Of a stretch of DNA of 64,000 nt, positions 51,861 through 63,280 are shown one piece after another. Under the pieces are notes generated by a model. That model had not been told where the DNA came from and searched no databases. It saw nothing but the letters and a program-made list of their open reading frames with translations. The stretch covers positions 125,676,001 to 125,740,000 of the forward strand of contig NC_058368.1 of the NCBI RefSeq assembly GCF_018350175.1. The letters run 5' to 3'. This DNA comes from Felis catus. Lineage: Eukaryota. Numbering within the stretch: the stretch's first letter is position 1; every line of letters begins with the position of its first letter. The translations under genes were made by a program, and so were the position numbers.

Positions 51861-53046
51861 TGGCACAAAAACAGACACATAGACCAATGGAATAGAATAG
51901 AAACCCCAGAACTAGACCCACAAACGTATGGCCAACTCATCTTTGACAAAGCAGGAAAGAACATCCAATGGAAAAAAGACAGTCTCTTTATTTATTTATT
52001 TATTTATTTAAAAAAAAATTTTTTTTTTCAACGTTTATTTATTTTTCGGACAGAGAGACAGAGCATGAACGGGGGAGGGGCAGAGAGAGAGGGAGACACA
52101 GAATCGGAAACAGGCTCCAGGCTCTGAGCCATCAGCCCAGAGCCCGACGCGGGGCTCGAACTCACGGACCGCGAGATCATGACCTGGGTGAAGTCAGACG
52201 CTTAACCGACTGCGCCACCCAGGCGCCCCAAGATAGTCTCTTTAACAAATGGTGCTGGGAGAACTGGACAGCAACATGCAGAAAGTTGAAACTAGACCAC
52301 TTTCTCACACCATTCACAAAAATAAACTCAAAATGGATAAAGGACCTGAATGTGAGACAGGAAACCACCAAAACCTTAGAGGAGAAAGCAGGAAAAGACC
52401 TCTCTGACCTCAGCCGTAGCAATCTCTTACTCAACACATCCCCAAAGGCAAGGGAATTAAAAGCAAAAGTGAATTACTGGGACCTTATGAAGATAAAAAG
52501 CTTCTGCACAGCAAAGGAAACAACCAACAAAACTAAAAGGCAACCAACGGAATGGGAAAAGATATTTGCAAATGACATATCGGACAAAGGGCTAGTATCC
52601 AAAATCTATAAAGAGCTCACCAAACTCCACACCCGAAAAACAAATAACCCAGTGAAGAAATGGGCAGAAAACATGAATAGACACTTCTCTAAAGAAGACA
52701 TCCGGATGGCCAACAGGCACATGAAAAGATGTTCAGCGTCGCTCCTTATCAGGGAAATACAAATCAAAACCACACTCAGGTATCACCTCATGCCAGTCAG
52801 AGTGGCCAAAATGAACAAATTAGGAGACTATAGATGCTGGAGAGGATGTGGAGAAACGGGAACCCTCTTGCACTGTTGGTGGGAATGCAAATTGGTGCAG
52901 CCGCTCTGGAAAGCAGTGTGGAGGTTCCTCAGAAAATTAAAAATAGACCTACCCTATGACCCAGCAATAGCACTGCTAGGAATTTATCCAAGGGATACAG
53001 GAGTACTGATGCATAGGGACACTTGTACCCCAATGTTTATAGCAGC
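51861..53046 (+). mobile_element. Young felid L1 ORF2 internal fragment with no 3'UTR, poly(A) or TSD
   Basis: Equivalent to 3961-3032 of the full-length L1 ([10 protein letters not shown] to TPMFIAA); CpGs retained; frame open from 52230 to its end. Confidence 0.93.
51991..52229 (-). mobile_element. Very young Can-SINE inside the young L1 fragment
   Basis: TSD aaga(c/t)agtctcttta at 51976-51990 and 52230-52244. Confidence 0.97.
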
Positions 53047-53058
53047 CCAATGTTTATA

Positions 53059-55680
53059 GGATTGTTATGCTTCCTGCTTTGGTTTTCTTTTTCAAGATTT
53101 CTTTGGCCATTCTGGGTCTTTTCTGGTTCCATACAAATTTTAGGATTATTTGTTCTAGCTCTGTGAAGAATGCTGGTGTTATTTTGATAGGGATTGCATT
53201 GAATATGTAGATTGCTTTGGGTACTATCGACATTTTAACAATATTTGTACTTCCTATCCAGGAGCAGGGAATATTTTTCCATTTTTTGGTGTCTTCTTCA
53301 ATTTCTTTCATAAGCTTTCTATAATTTTCAGTTTAAAGATTTTTCACCTCTTTGGTTAGCTTTATTCCAATGTACTTTATGGTTTTTGGTGCAATTGTAA
53401 ATGAGACTGATTCCTTGGTTTCTCTTTCTGTTGCTTCATTACTGGTGTATAGGAATGCAACTGATTTCTGTGCATTGATTTTATATCCTGCCACTTTGCT
53501 GAATTCATGGATCAGTTGTAGCAGTTTTTTGGTGGAATCTTTTGGGTTTTCCATATACAGTATCATGTCATCTGTGAAGAGTGAAAGTTTGACCTTCTGC
53601 TGGCCAATTTGGATGCTTTTTATTTCTTTGTGTTCTCTGATTGCTGAGGCTAAGACTTCCAATACTATGTTGAATAACAGTGGTGAGAGTGGATATCTCT
53701 GTCTTGTTCCTGACCTTAGTGGGAAAGCTCTCAGTTTTTCCCCATTGAGGATGATAGTAGTGTTGGGTCTTTCATATATGGCTTTTATGATCTTGAGGTA
53801 TGATCCTTCTACCTCTACATTCTTAAGGGTTTTTATCAGGAAAGGATGCTTTTGTCAAATTTTGTCAAATGTTTTCTCTGCATCTATTGAGAGGATCATA
53901 TGGTTCTTGTCCTTTCTTTTATTGATGTGATGAATCACATTGATTGTTTTCTGAATATTGAACCAGCCCTGCATCCTAGGTATAAATCCCACTTGGTCGT
54001 GGTGAATAATTCTTTTAATGTATTGTTGGATCCAGTTGGCTAATATCTTGTTGAGGATTTTTGAATCCATCTTCATCAGGGAAATTGGTCTGTAGTTCTC
54101 CTTTTTATTAGGGTCTTTGTCTGGTTTTGGAATCAAGGTAATGCTGGCTTCATAGAATGAGTTTGGAAGTTTTCCTTCCATTTCTATTTTTTGGAACAGC
54201 TTCAAGAGAATAGGTGTTAAGTCTTCCTTAAATGTTTGGTAGAATTCCCCTCGAAAACCATTTGGCCCTGGACTCTTGTTTTTTGGCAGATTTTTGATTA
54301 CTAATTCAATTTCTTTACTGGTTATGGTTCTGTTCAAATTTTCTATTTCTTCCTGTTTCACTTTTGGTAGTTTATATTTTTTTTAGGAAATTTTACGTTT
54401 CTTCCATATTGCCCATTTTATTGGTGTATAATTGTTCCTAATATTCTCTTATTATTGTTTTTATTTCTGTTGTGTTGGTCATGATCTCTCCTCTTTCATT
54501 ATTGATTTTATTTCTTTGGGTCCTTTCCTTTTTCTTTTTGATCAAGCTGGCTAGTGGTTTATCAATTTTGTTAACTCTTTCAAGGAACCAGCTTCTGGTT
54601 TCATTGATCTGTTCTGTTTTGGTTTTTTTTGTTGTTGTTTGTTTTTTGGTTTCAGTAGCATTGATCTCTGCTCTGATCTTTATTATTTCCTGTATTCTGC
54701 TTGTTTTGGGTTTTATTTGCTCTTCTTTTTCCAGCTCTTTAAGGTGTAAGGTTACGTTGTGTATCTGAGATCTTCTTTAGGAAGGTCTGGATGGCTATAT
54801 ACTTCCTTTTAATGACTGCCTTTGCTGTGTCCCAGAGGTTTTGGCTGTGGTGTTAAGATTTTCATTAACTTCCATGTACTTTTTAATTTCCTCTTTATCT
54901 TCTTGGTTAACCCATTCATTTAGTAAGATGTTCTTTAGTCTCCAATATTTGTTATCTTTCCAAATTTTTTATTGTGGTTGATTTCAAGTTTCATAGTGTT
55001 GTGGTCTTAATATATGCATGGTATGATCTCGATCTTTTTGTACTTGTTGAGGACTGATTTGTGTTCCAGTATGTGATCTATTCTGGAGAACATTCCATGT
55101 GCACTGGAGAAGAATGTATATTCCGGTGCTTTAGGATGAAATATTCTGAATATATCTGTTAAGTTCATCTGGTCCAGTATGGCATTCAAAGCCATTGTTT
55201 CCTTGTTGATTTTGTGTTAGATGATCTGTCCATTGCTCTAAGTGGGTTGTTGAAGTCTTCTACTATTATGGTATTACTATTGATGAGTTTCTTTATGTTT
55301 GTGATTAACTGATTTCTATATTTGGGTGCTACCACATTTCGTGCATAAATGTTTACAATTATTTAGTCTTCTTGGTGGGCAAACCCATTAATTATGATAT
55401 AATGCCCTTCTTCATGTCTTATTACAGTCTTTATTTTAAAATCTTGTTTGTCTGATTTATGTATGGTGACTTTATTTTGGTGACCATTAGCATGATAGAT
55501 CATTCTCCATCCCCTTGCTTTAAATCTGAAGTTGTCTTTAGGTCTAAAGTGGGTCTCTTGTAAACAGCATATAGAGGGATCTTATTTTCTTATCCATTCT
55601 GTTACCCTATGTCTTTTGATTGAAACATTTAGACCATTGACCTTTAAAGTGAGTAATGAAAGATATGAGTTTATTGCCAT
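53059..55680 (-). pseudogene. Decayed L1 ORF2 (EN and RT), truncated
   Basis: ORF-track pieces 55007-55195, 53855-54361 ([17 protein letters not shown]), 53333-53662 (LFTDDMILY), 53054-53311. Confidence 0.9.
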
Positions 55681-58326
55681 TATGTTTCTTGTAGAGTGAG
55701 GGTTTCTGGTGGTGTTTTCTGGTCCTTTCTAGTCTTTGTTGTTTGGTGTTTTTTGTTTTTTTTTTTGGTTTCATTTTTTTCTTCTCTCAGAGAGTACCCC
55801 TTAAAATTTCTTGCAGGGCTGGTTTAGTGGTCATGAATTCCTTTAATTGTTGTTTGTCCAGGAAACTTAATATCTCCTTATATTTTGAATGACAGCCTTG
55901 CTGGATAAAGAATTCTTGGCTGCATATGTTTCCTATTCAGCACACTGAATATATCCTGCCACTCCTTTCTGGCTTTCCAAGTTTCGGTGGATAGGTCTGC
56001 TGTAAACCTGATGTCTTCCCTTGTAGGTCAAGGACTTTTTTCCTTTGCTGCTTTCATGATTCTCTCCTTGCCTAAGTATTTGTGAATTTGACTATGATAT
56101 GCTTTGTTGATGGTCAGTTTTTGTTGAATCTACTGGGAGTCCTCTGAGCTTCCTGGATTTTGATGTCTGTGTCTTTCCCCAGGTTAGGAAAATTTTCTGC
56201 TATGATTTGCTCACATAACCTTTCTACCCCCTTTTCTCTCTCTTCATCTCTGGGACCCCTATGATTCTGATATTGTTCCTTTTTAATGAGTCACTGATTT
56301 CTCTAATTCTTAAATCTAGTTCTTTTGCCTTAGTCTCCCTTTTTTTTCTGCTTCATTATTACCCATAAGTTTGTTGTTTATATCGCTGATTCACTGTTCT
56401 GCCTCATCCATTCTTGTCACAGTGGCAACCATTTAGATTGCAGCTCAGTCAGAATTTTTCATTTCATCCTGAGTAGCTTTTACTTCTTTTATTCTGCAGA
56501 AAGGGATTCCAATCTATTTTGACCCCAGCTAGTATTCTTATTTTTGTGATTCTGTATTCTGGTTCAGTCATCTTGCTTGTATCTGAGTTGATTAAGTCCC
56601 TGGCTGTCATTTCTTCTTGCTTTCTTTTGAGGTGAATTTCTTCATTGCATCATTTTGAAGGAGGAAAAGGAATTAATAAGGTAAAAAAATTAAAATTAAA
56701 AGTTAAAAAAACATACACACACAAATCAAATAAATGATGTTAGATCTAAGGTGTGTTTTGGTTTGGTTGTTGAAAGGAGCTTGATAGATTAGAGGAAAAA
56801 AAAGGAAAATGTTGGAAAATTTGAAAAAGTGAATACAATGAAATAGAATAAAAGGAAATGATGGAAGTAAATTTACAAAGAAATTTACAAAAATGAAAAA
56901 ATACTCTAGAATTAAAGAAAATATTTTAATAAAAATTAGAAAAAAATAAAAACACATTTTTTTCTCTTTCTGTATTCAAGCAAAAGAAAAGAAATGAAAA
57001 AGAAAATAAGAGAAAATGGAATAGATGAATCATTGAACAGACTGAAATACTATTGAAATTGCATCGTTTTCCCCTAGAAGTAAAATTATGAAGCACTTTA
57101 TAGTTCATAAACTAAGCAGGCAGAGAGACTTGCAGTGTTCCTAACAAGCCAGGTTGGCCCAGTTGGGGGTACTTAGTGTGACAGCTGCGTTCTCTGCTAG
57201 ATGACATTCCTTAGCTTACTGAAGTGGATTGTTGTGGCACTTGTAGGTGTGTATGCACATGTGGAGGGGTGAAAATGGTGTCACCCAGCTATCCAGTCTC
57301 TAGTATCAGAACTCCTTTCTCTCCAGGACTCCAATCAGCAATTGCACCCTTGTCCTTTGTCTCCAGCTTCCACCCACTCTCCACTTTTACACTGTCTGCA
57401 ACCAGCCTTCAGATTGCCAGGTGGCAGCTCCCTCCTGACTTTTATCTCAGATGTGGCTGTGTTTCCCAACCCCTCACTTCTGAGGGACTGTGGCTTTGAC
57501 CTGCTCAGACACTCTTGGGGAGTGTCTCACTGAGCAATGGCTGGATGCCGGCCGCACCCAGGAACATTCGTGGGACAGTGCTGCTGCCAATGCCCAGAGA
57601 CTGCAGCTGGGTGCCAGCCCACCCCAGAAAAAGTTAACACGATTGTGTACTGGCAGTATTTCAGGGATTATGGGAGATCACAACATATATCTGGCACCAG
57701 CCTTCACCCTTAATGACCTTGTTCCAGCACCAGTGAATGTGGTTGTTCTCTGGAGTCTGCTGGAAACTTTGCCTGTGGCATAGCTGCGCAGCCTCTACCA
57801 AATGTCCTTCCAGCAGGATAACCACCTCTCCCCATGTGGCCCAAGGATCCCCAGACCTCACTCTGCTCCTGGGATTCTCCCTTCCCACCAGAGCACTGCC
57901 AGGTATCGAGCTGTGGAGTTTCAGACTCTGCGCTTCCTCTGTTTATAAAGTCTTAGTGGAATTTAAACCATCTCCTTTCTCTTTTCTCCCTTTTTTGTTC
58001 CATCCCTGTGGCTGTTTCCACTTTTCCATTTTCTCTCCAGTTGCTTTTGGGAGGGGGTGCTTTTCCTGTACTCTCCCCCCGGTCGACATCCTCTCTCCAC
58101 AAGGAAAAATAGGTCTCTATCCTCTGCAGCTTCTCTCTTCCCCAGTTCACCTCTCTACGCCACATATCTGCTGAGTTCTGTGGTTCAGGTTGTGCAGATT
58201 GTTGCGTTAAACGTCAAATCAGTTTTCTAGGCGTTAAGGATGGTTTAGTGTTGATCTGGCTGTACTTCATGGACATGAGAGGCAAAAAAACCTTCCATAT
58301 TGTTCTGCCATCTTGGTTCCTCTCCC
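53059..58326 (-). mobile_element. Older carnivore/felid L1, 5' end intact, 3'-truncated within ORF2
   Basis: 5' end ...ctgccatcttggttcctctccc; long 5'UTR with AT-rich block ~56680-57110; ORF1 remnant from ~56650 to ~55790; ORF2 remnant from 55680 ending at [10 protein letters not shown]. Confidence 0.93.
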
Positions 58327-58512
58327 TAAGTTTATTTATTTATATTTGAGGGAGAGAGCACAAATGAGGGAAGGGGCAGAGAGAGAGGGAGACATAGAAT
58401 TCCAAACAGTCCTCAAGCTCTGAGCTGTTCAGCAGGGCTCAAACACACAAACTGTGAGATTATGACCTGAGCCAAAATTGGAGGCTCAACCAACTGAGCC
58501 ACCCCGGTGCCC
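58327..58512 (-). mobile_element. Can-SINE whose tail is cut by the older L1
   Basis: SINE body abuts the L1 5' end at 58326/58327; the distal tail and left TSD are absent. Confidence 0.88.
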
Positions 58513-58909
58513 TAACAGTTTTTTTATAAAGTTATATTTACCATATGATCCAGCAGTTACAGATATTTTTCCTAGAGCAATTATAGCTTATGTTAACATA
58601 AAGACCTATTCACAAATGGTCAGAGAAGCTTTATTTATAATGTCCCCAAACCTGAAGCATTCCAAATGTCCTTCATGGGTTAGCAGATAGACAAACTGAG
58701 ATAGATTTATACAATAGAATACTACTCAGCAATGAAAGGGAATGAACTATTGATAGACACAGCAATTTGGATGTATATCAAAGGTATTATGTATTATGGG
58801 TGAAATAAGTCTTAGAAGGTTACTCTATGTATTTATATGAAAAATTAAAAAAAATTTTTTACTGTTTACTTATTTTTGACAGAGACAGAGCATGAGTGGA
58901 GGAGGGGCA

Positions 58910-58954
<45 letters not shown>

Positions 58955-59360
58955 TTCGAAGCAGGCTCCAGGCTCTGAGCTATCAGCACAGAGCCTGACG
59001 CAGGGCTTGAACTCACAGACCATGAGATCATGACCTGAGCCTAAGTTGGACGCTCAACCAACTGAGCCACACAGGCACCCCTATATGAAAAATTTTAAAT
59101 GACAAAATTATAATGATACAAATCTATACTTGAGATAAAATTTTGAAGCACACAGACACAGAGACACACAATGCATGTAAAAACTAAAGAAATCTGAGTA
59201 TGCTCTGTCCGCCAGAATATTTACAATGTCAGTGTCCTAGTTTTGATAATGTACCACCATTATGTAAGATGTTGTCATCAGGAGAAGCTGAGTGAACAGT
59301 GTATTTGAATTTTGTACTATTTTTGCAACTTCTCATTAGCCTAAAATCAATGCAAAATAA
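58513..59360 (+). mobile_element. Ancient L1M (L1MC/MD-like) 3' end (right part of host element)
   Basis: ttaccatatgatccagcag (LPYDPA), gaatactactcagcaatgaaagggaatgaactattgata, gtactatttttgcaacttc. Confidence 0.8.
58847..59081 (-). mobile_element. Can-SINE with internal (CA)20
   Basis: TSD tatatgaaaaatt at 58834-58846 and 59082-59094. Confidence 0.95.
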
Positions 59361-59369
59361 TTTTCTTAA

Positions 59370-59400
59370 TTAAAAAAAATATCTTAGAAAGAGGAAAAGG

Positions 59401-59467
<67 letters not shown>

Positions 59468-59591
59468 TCCCAAGCAGGCTTCAAGATCAACTGAGAGTGT
59501 GATACAGGGCTCGATCCCATGACCCTGGAATTCCGACCTGAGCTGAAATCAAGACTTGGACACCTAATCAACTGAGCCACCCAGGCACCCC
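59370..59591 (-). mobile_element. Can-SINE with long (GA)n
   Basis: Head ends ccaggcacccc; imperfect TSD caaaata.tttt. Confidence 0.9.
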
Positions 59592-59829
59592 TCAAAATAT
59601 TTTTTTTAAATAAGAAAGGTAGTTAAGGTTATGATAGGGGTACAAAGATGGAGATAAAAGATCTCTATTTATTTCGGTGATGAAAGAATAGTAAACATTT
59701 TGGAAAAAAAAAACACAGGAGAAGGTAACACTTAGCTAAGTGTTGAGAATGAGAATAGGTCTGCCAGCAGCGGGGTAAATTGTTTCAGACACAGGAGTCT
59801 TCATGGCCATCAAGTGGTCCAGAGGTCCC

Positions 59830-60695
59830 TCCTCCCTCATCTGAACACTGCAAAACCTCCTAGCTGAGGATCCTGCTTCCTCCCTTGTCCCACACCAATT
59901 TTCAACCCTTCTTAAGCTTGAATGGTTCTTTTAAAATGTAAATCAGGTGATGACATTCCTTTGCTCAAGAAGCTTCTCTCTCACTTGAAGTAATAGCACC
60001 TGTCCTTACAATGGCTTCTTCAATGGGCTCTCACCACCCCACCTCTCTGATCTTGGATAGGCTACTCTCCCTTCACACCTCTGATCCAGCCTTTTTGGCC
60101 TCTTTTTTGCTGCTTTAACATATCAGGCAACCTCCTATTCCAAGTCCTCACTAGCCTAGAATCCTCTACTCACTTGTCTGCATTGCTCATTCCCTTCCCT
60201 CCTCCAGGTATCTTTTTAGCTCTCTGCTTCTCACTGAGACCATCCCTAAAAATACAATTTAAAATTGCAGTGACTTCCAGCTAGCTTCTCCTGTCTCTCT
60301 TTCCTGGTTTATTTTTTCCCCTAGTTCTTGTTACCTTTTACTTTACCATATAATATGCATATATTTTAAAGGTTTTTTTAAAATTTATTTTGAGAGACAG
60401 TGAGTGAGTAGTGGAGAGGCAGAGAGAGAGAGGGAGAGAAAGAATCCCAAGCTCAGGGCTTGACTTGGAGCTTGATCTAATGAACCCTGAGATCATGATC
60501 TGAGCTGAAGTCAAGAGTCAAACACTTAACAGACTGAGCCACTCAGGTGCCTCACCACATAATATATTTTTATTACTTATTTTTTGTCTTTTTTTCTTCT
60601 GCTAGATTATAAACTCCATGAGGACCGAAATGTATGTCTGCTACTTTTTTTTTTCTTCACTGCTTTATCTCCAACACTTAGAATGCTTTATTCTT
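59830..60695 (+). mobile_element. L2 3' region, interrupted by a SINE
   Basis: ttttaaaatgtaaatcaggtgatgacattcctttgctcaa and ctagattataaactccatgaggac motifs. Confidence 0.7.
60365..60553 (-). mobile_element. Can-SINE (internally deleted)
   Basis: TSD acca(t/c)ataatat at 60345-60356 and 60554-60565. Confidence 0.88.
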
Positions 60696-60717
60696 TCAAC
60701 AAACTTTTCTGATAGCC

Positions 60718-60794
60718 TGTACTCATTTCCAGTTGCTGCTGTAACAAATTACACAAATTTATCTTACTGCTTCTGGAGGGGAAAAAATCCAAAA
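60718..60794 (-). mobile_element. MLT1 (MaLR) LTR 3'-end fragment
   Basis: tgtactcatttccagttgctgctgtaacaaattac...ttctggagg. Confidence 0.6.
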
Positions 60795-60878
60795 GGAATC
60801 TACTCCTGAAATCATCGTTTCACTATATGCTAATTTGGATGTAAATTTTAAAAAATAAAAAATTAAATTAAAAAAAAA
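60795..60878 (+). mobile_element. Tiny L1 3' end with A tail
   Basis: gaatctactcctgaaatcatcgtttcactatatgctaa resembles the L1 terminus at 8925-8990. Confidence 0.75.
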
Positions 60879-60879
60879 G

Positions 60880-61560
60880 AAAGTCAGGAGCCTGGCTTGT
60901 GGCACAGACAGACACCAGCGCGATAAGACTGAGGTTGGTAAAATAGATAGGAGCCAAATTATCCAGGCTCTTCTAGGCCTCATGAGGAGTTCTGATTGTA
61001 TCTGGAGGTTGATAGCCATTAGAGGGCTTTGAGAGAGGAGTAATCTATGTTGTAATCTATGTTCTTAAAAGGGGACCATGACTATGTAAAATGGATTACA
61101 GGGGGCAAGAGTGAAATTAGAAGACCCATTATGAAGCTATCACTGTGGTAGTCTGGGTAGAAGGTCATGGTTTCTTACTAGGGTGGAAGCGATGGACACA
61201 ATCACGCATACACCCCCCCCCCCCCGACACAAACACAGATATATTTAAAATGTATTTCATATGTAACACTGATAGAATTATTTGCCTATGGGAACAGAAG
61301 ATTATTCCAAGGATTTTGGCTTGAGCAGTGGAGTATATGGCAATGCTATTTACTGTGGGAGATTTGGAGAAGAGTGAATTTGTAGAGTGATGTCAAGAGT
61401 TCTGTTTTAGACATGTGAAGTTCAGATGCTTATAAACCCCCCAAAGGGCCATGTAAGGAGCTGCCGGGGATGGAGCTATGCATTTGGGAGTATAAGATAG
61501 TTTAGCTGGCATTTAAAGGCATGGGAGTGAATGGGATCACTTAGAGAACAGAAATGAAGT
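60880..61560 (-). mobile_element. Decayed L2 fragment
   Basis: gagggcttttgag-like wording, caagagttctgttttagacatgtgaagtt, ggattttggcttgagcagtgg. Confidence 0.65.
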
Positions 61561-61589
61561 GATTATGGGAAGCTCCAGATAGCAGTGAT

Positions 61590-61835
61590 AATAACAGTAA
61601 ATTCTTATATAAGACTTAACCCGTGCCAAGCCCGGTACTTTGATATTTACATACATTAATATATTTAATCCTTACAACAATTCAGTGAGATTGTTTCTAT
61701 TATTATCACACTCTGTTTTCTAGGTGAGAATACTGAGGTAAAGAATTAAGAAGCTTTCTCGAGGTCACACAGGCACTAAGTGGAAAAATTGGGATTGAGA
61801 TTTAGGAACCCTGATTTGATGGTCCATGCTCTCAA
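61590..61835 (-). mobile_element. MIR
   Basis: atttaatccttacaacaa...ggtgagaatactgagg...gaggtcacacag. Confidence 0.75.
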
Positions 61836-62127
61836 AATTGAGTTTATACAGTATTGTTTCCCTCAGAAGCAGAGTCTGGATGAATCTAAGATTATGGACT
61901 AGATCATTATAGCCTGTACTTGCTGAGTGTTCTATTATCCGAAGCAACTACTTGGTTGCATATTGGAATTGGAGTTGGCAAGCCGCCAAATTCAGTGGTG
62001 AAAGCATTCACTTCCACAAAAATATGCTCTTTCCTTTCAGTTTGCTCTGACTTTTTAATTTTTAAAAAACTCTTTTCAACTCTAGAACGAAAGCTCTTTT
62101 TGCCATGTTGGGGTAGGATTTGATAAA

Positions 62128-62129
<2 letters not shown>

Positions 62130-62162
<33 letters not shown>
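62130..62162. repeat. (CA)~16 microsatellite
   Basis: Read directly. Confidence 0.95.
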
Positions 62163-62166
<4 letters not shown>

Positions 62167-63280
62167 TTTTAATATAAGTAGCCTTCCCAACAATCCCTAG
62201 GAAATTCTGTGGTTCCCTGCACCATTGCTTGATAATCTGTTCACTTATCATGACAAACAGCCCATCTTTGAAAGGATAAAGTATTTGGAACTGATTCCCA
62301 GGATGAATCACATTTTAATAATTGCATAAGATTACTCACCAGTTCAAGGGAGTTAGATTTGAAAAACCAAATAAAAATCAAGTATACCCAACTTATATTT
62401 TGCTTACAACATGTTCTATTATACACCCACAAAATGTTTCTTTTGTGAAGACTCAACCTGAAGATACACTGAAGGGAAATTTCCATTTCTGTGACTATGT
62501 CAGTGACACAATCAATGTAGTCATATGCAATGTTCTTATTTCACTGTGTGGGACACAGAACAGTTTGCTGATTAACTGACAAATGAATGTCTGTTCAAGA
62601 CAATCTAGAGGTCAGTGTCTGAAGAATGACTCAAAGGGTAGATGTCCCAAGAGAACCATTGACAAGGCTGCGTCTCCAAGGTCTCCGGATGAGGGCAGTG
62701 ATTGATGATGAGAAAGCTGCCTCTGATTCAATATGTACTTTGTGGATAGTAATTCCACAAAGTCATTTACTGATAGTTGATTGAACACCTACTATGTGCC
62801 AAGTGCTGGGCATTCATAATATTGAGTGAGGGGCAGATGAGCACTATTTGCATGAACTTCATGGACTAATAGGAAAAATAGACAAATGACTAATACAAAT
62901 AAAGTGAAATGGGGGAAGACAGTTCTCTGGGCATGGGGTGGGTTGAGAAATTTTGCTAGTTGGCTCTCACTGTTTTGACGACCTGGTTTTGATACTTACA
63001 TAGGATCTTGGTAAAATACTTGAAAATCATTTTCAGTGTTAATGTTCATTAGAGGATTAGATTGATTCAAATTCAATTCTCTGGACTCCTTAAGCATCAC
63101 AAGCCCACAATCTTAAAAAAAATCCATAAAAGGCCCATACACTTTAAGATTGGAGATATGTTTTTTTTATTTAAGGTTTTCTATTCCTTTTATCTATCGA
63201 TGATGCTAATTTTAAATGCTTCAAAAACTGCTTTCCATCTCTCTCTCCTCCTGAATTCCACTGAAAATGAACTGGGCAGG

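Noticed and set aside
57224..58174. Antisense ORFs in the older L1 5'UTR as an ORF0 equivalent
   Set aside because: Fragmented across frames, and no visible similarity to the 7612-8316 frame.
51861..58326. A single twin-primed L1 insertion
   Set aside because: The junction is tail-to-tail, there is no poly(A) or TSD, and the two parts differ in apparent age and subfamily.
15630..61050. Scattered 10-17 bp tandem duplications (e.g. ~15630, 28745, 50070, 50820, 53850, 61020)
   Set aside because: Unrelated in sequence and spacing; ordinary replication-slippage products.
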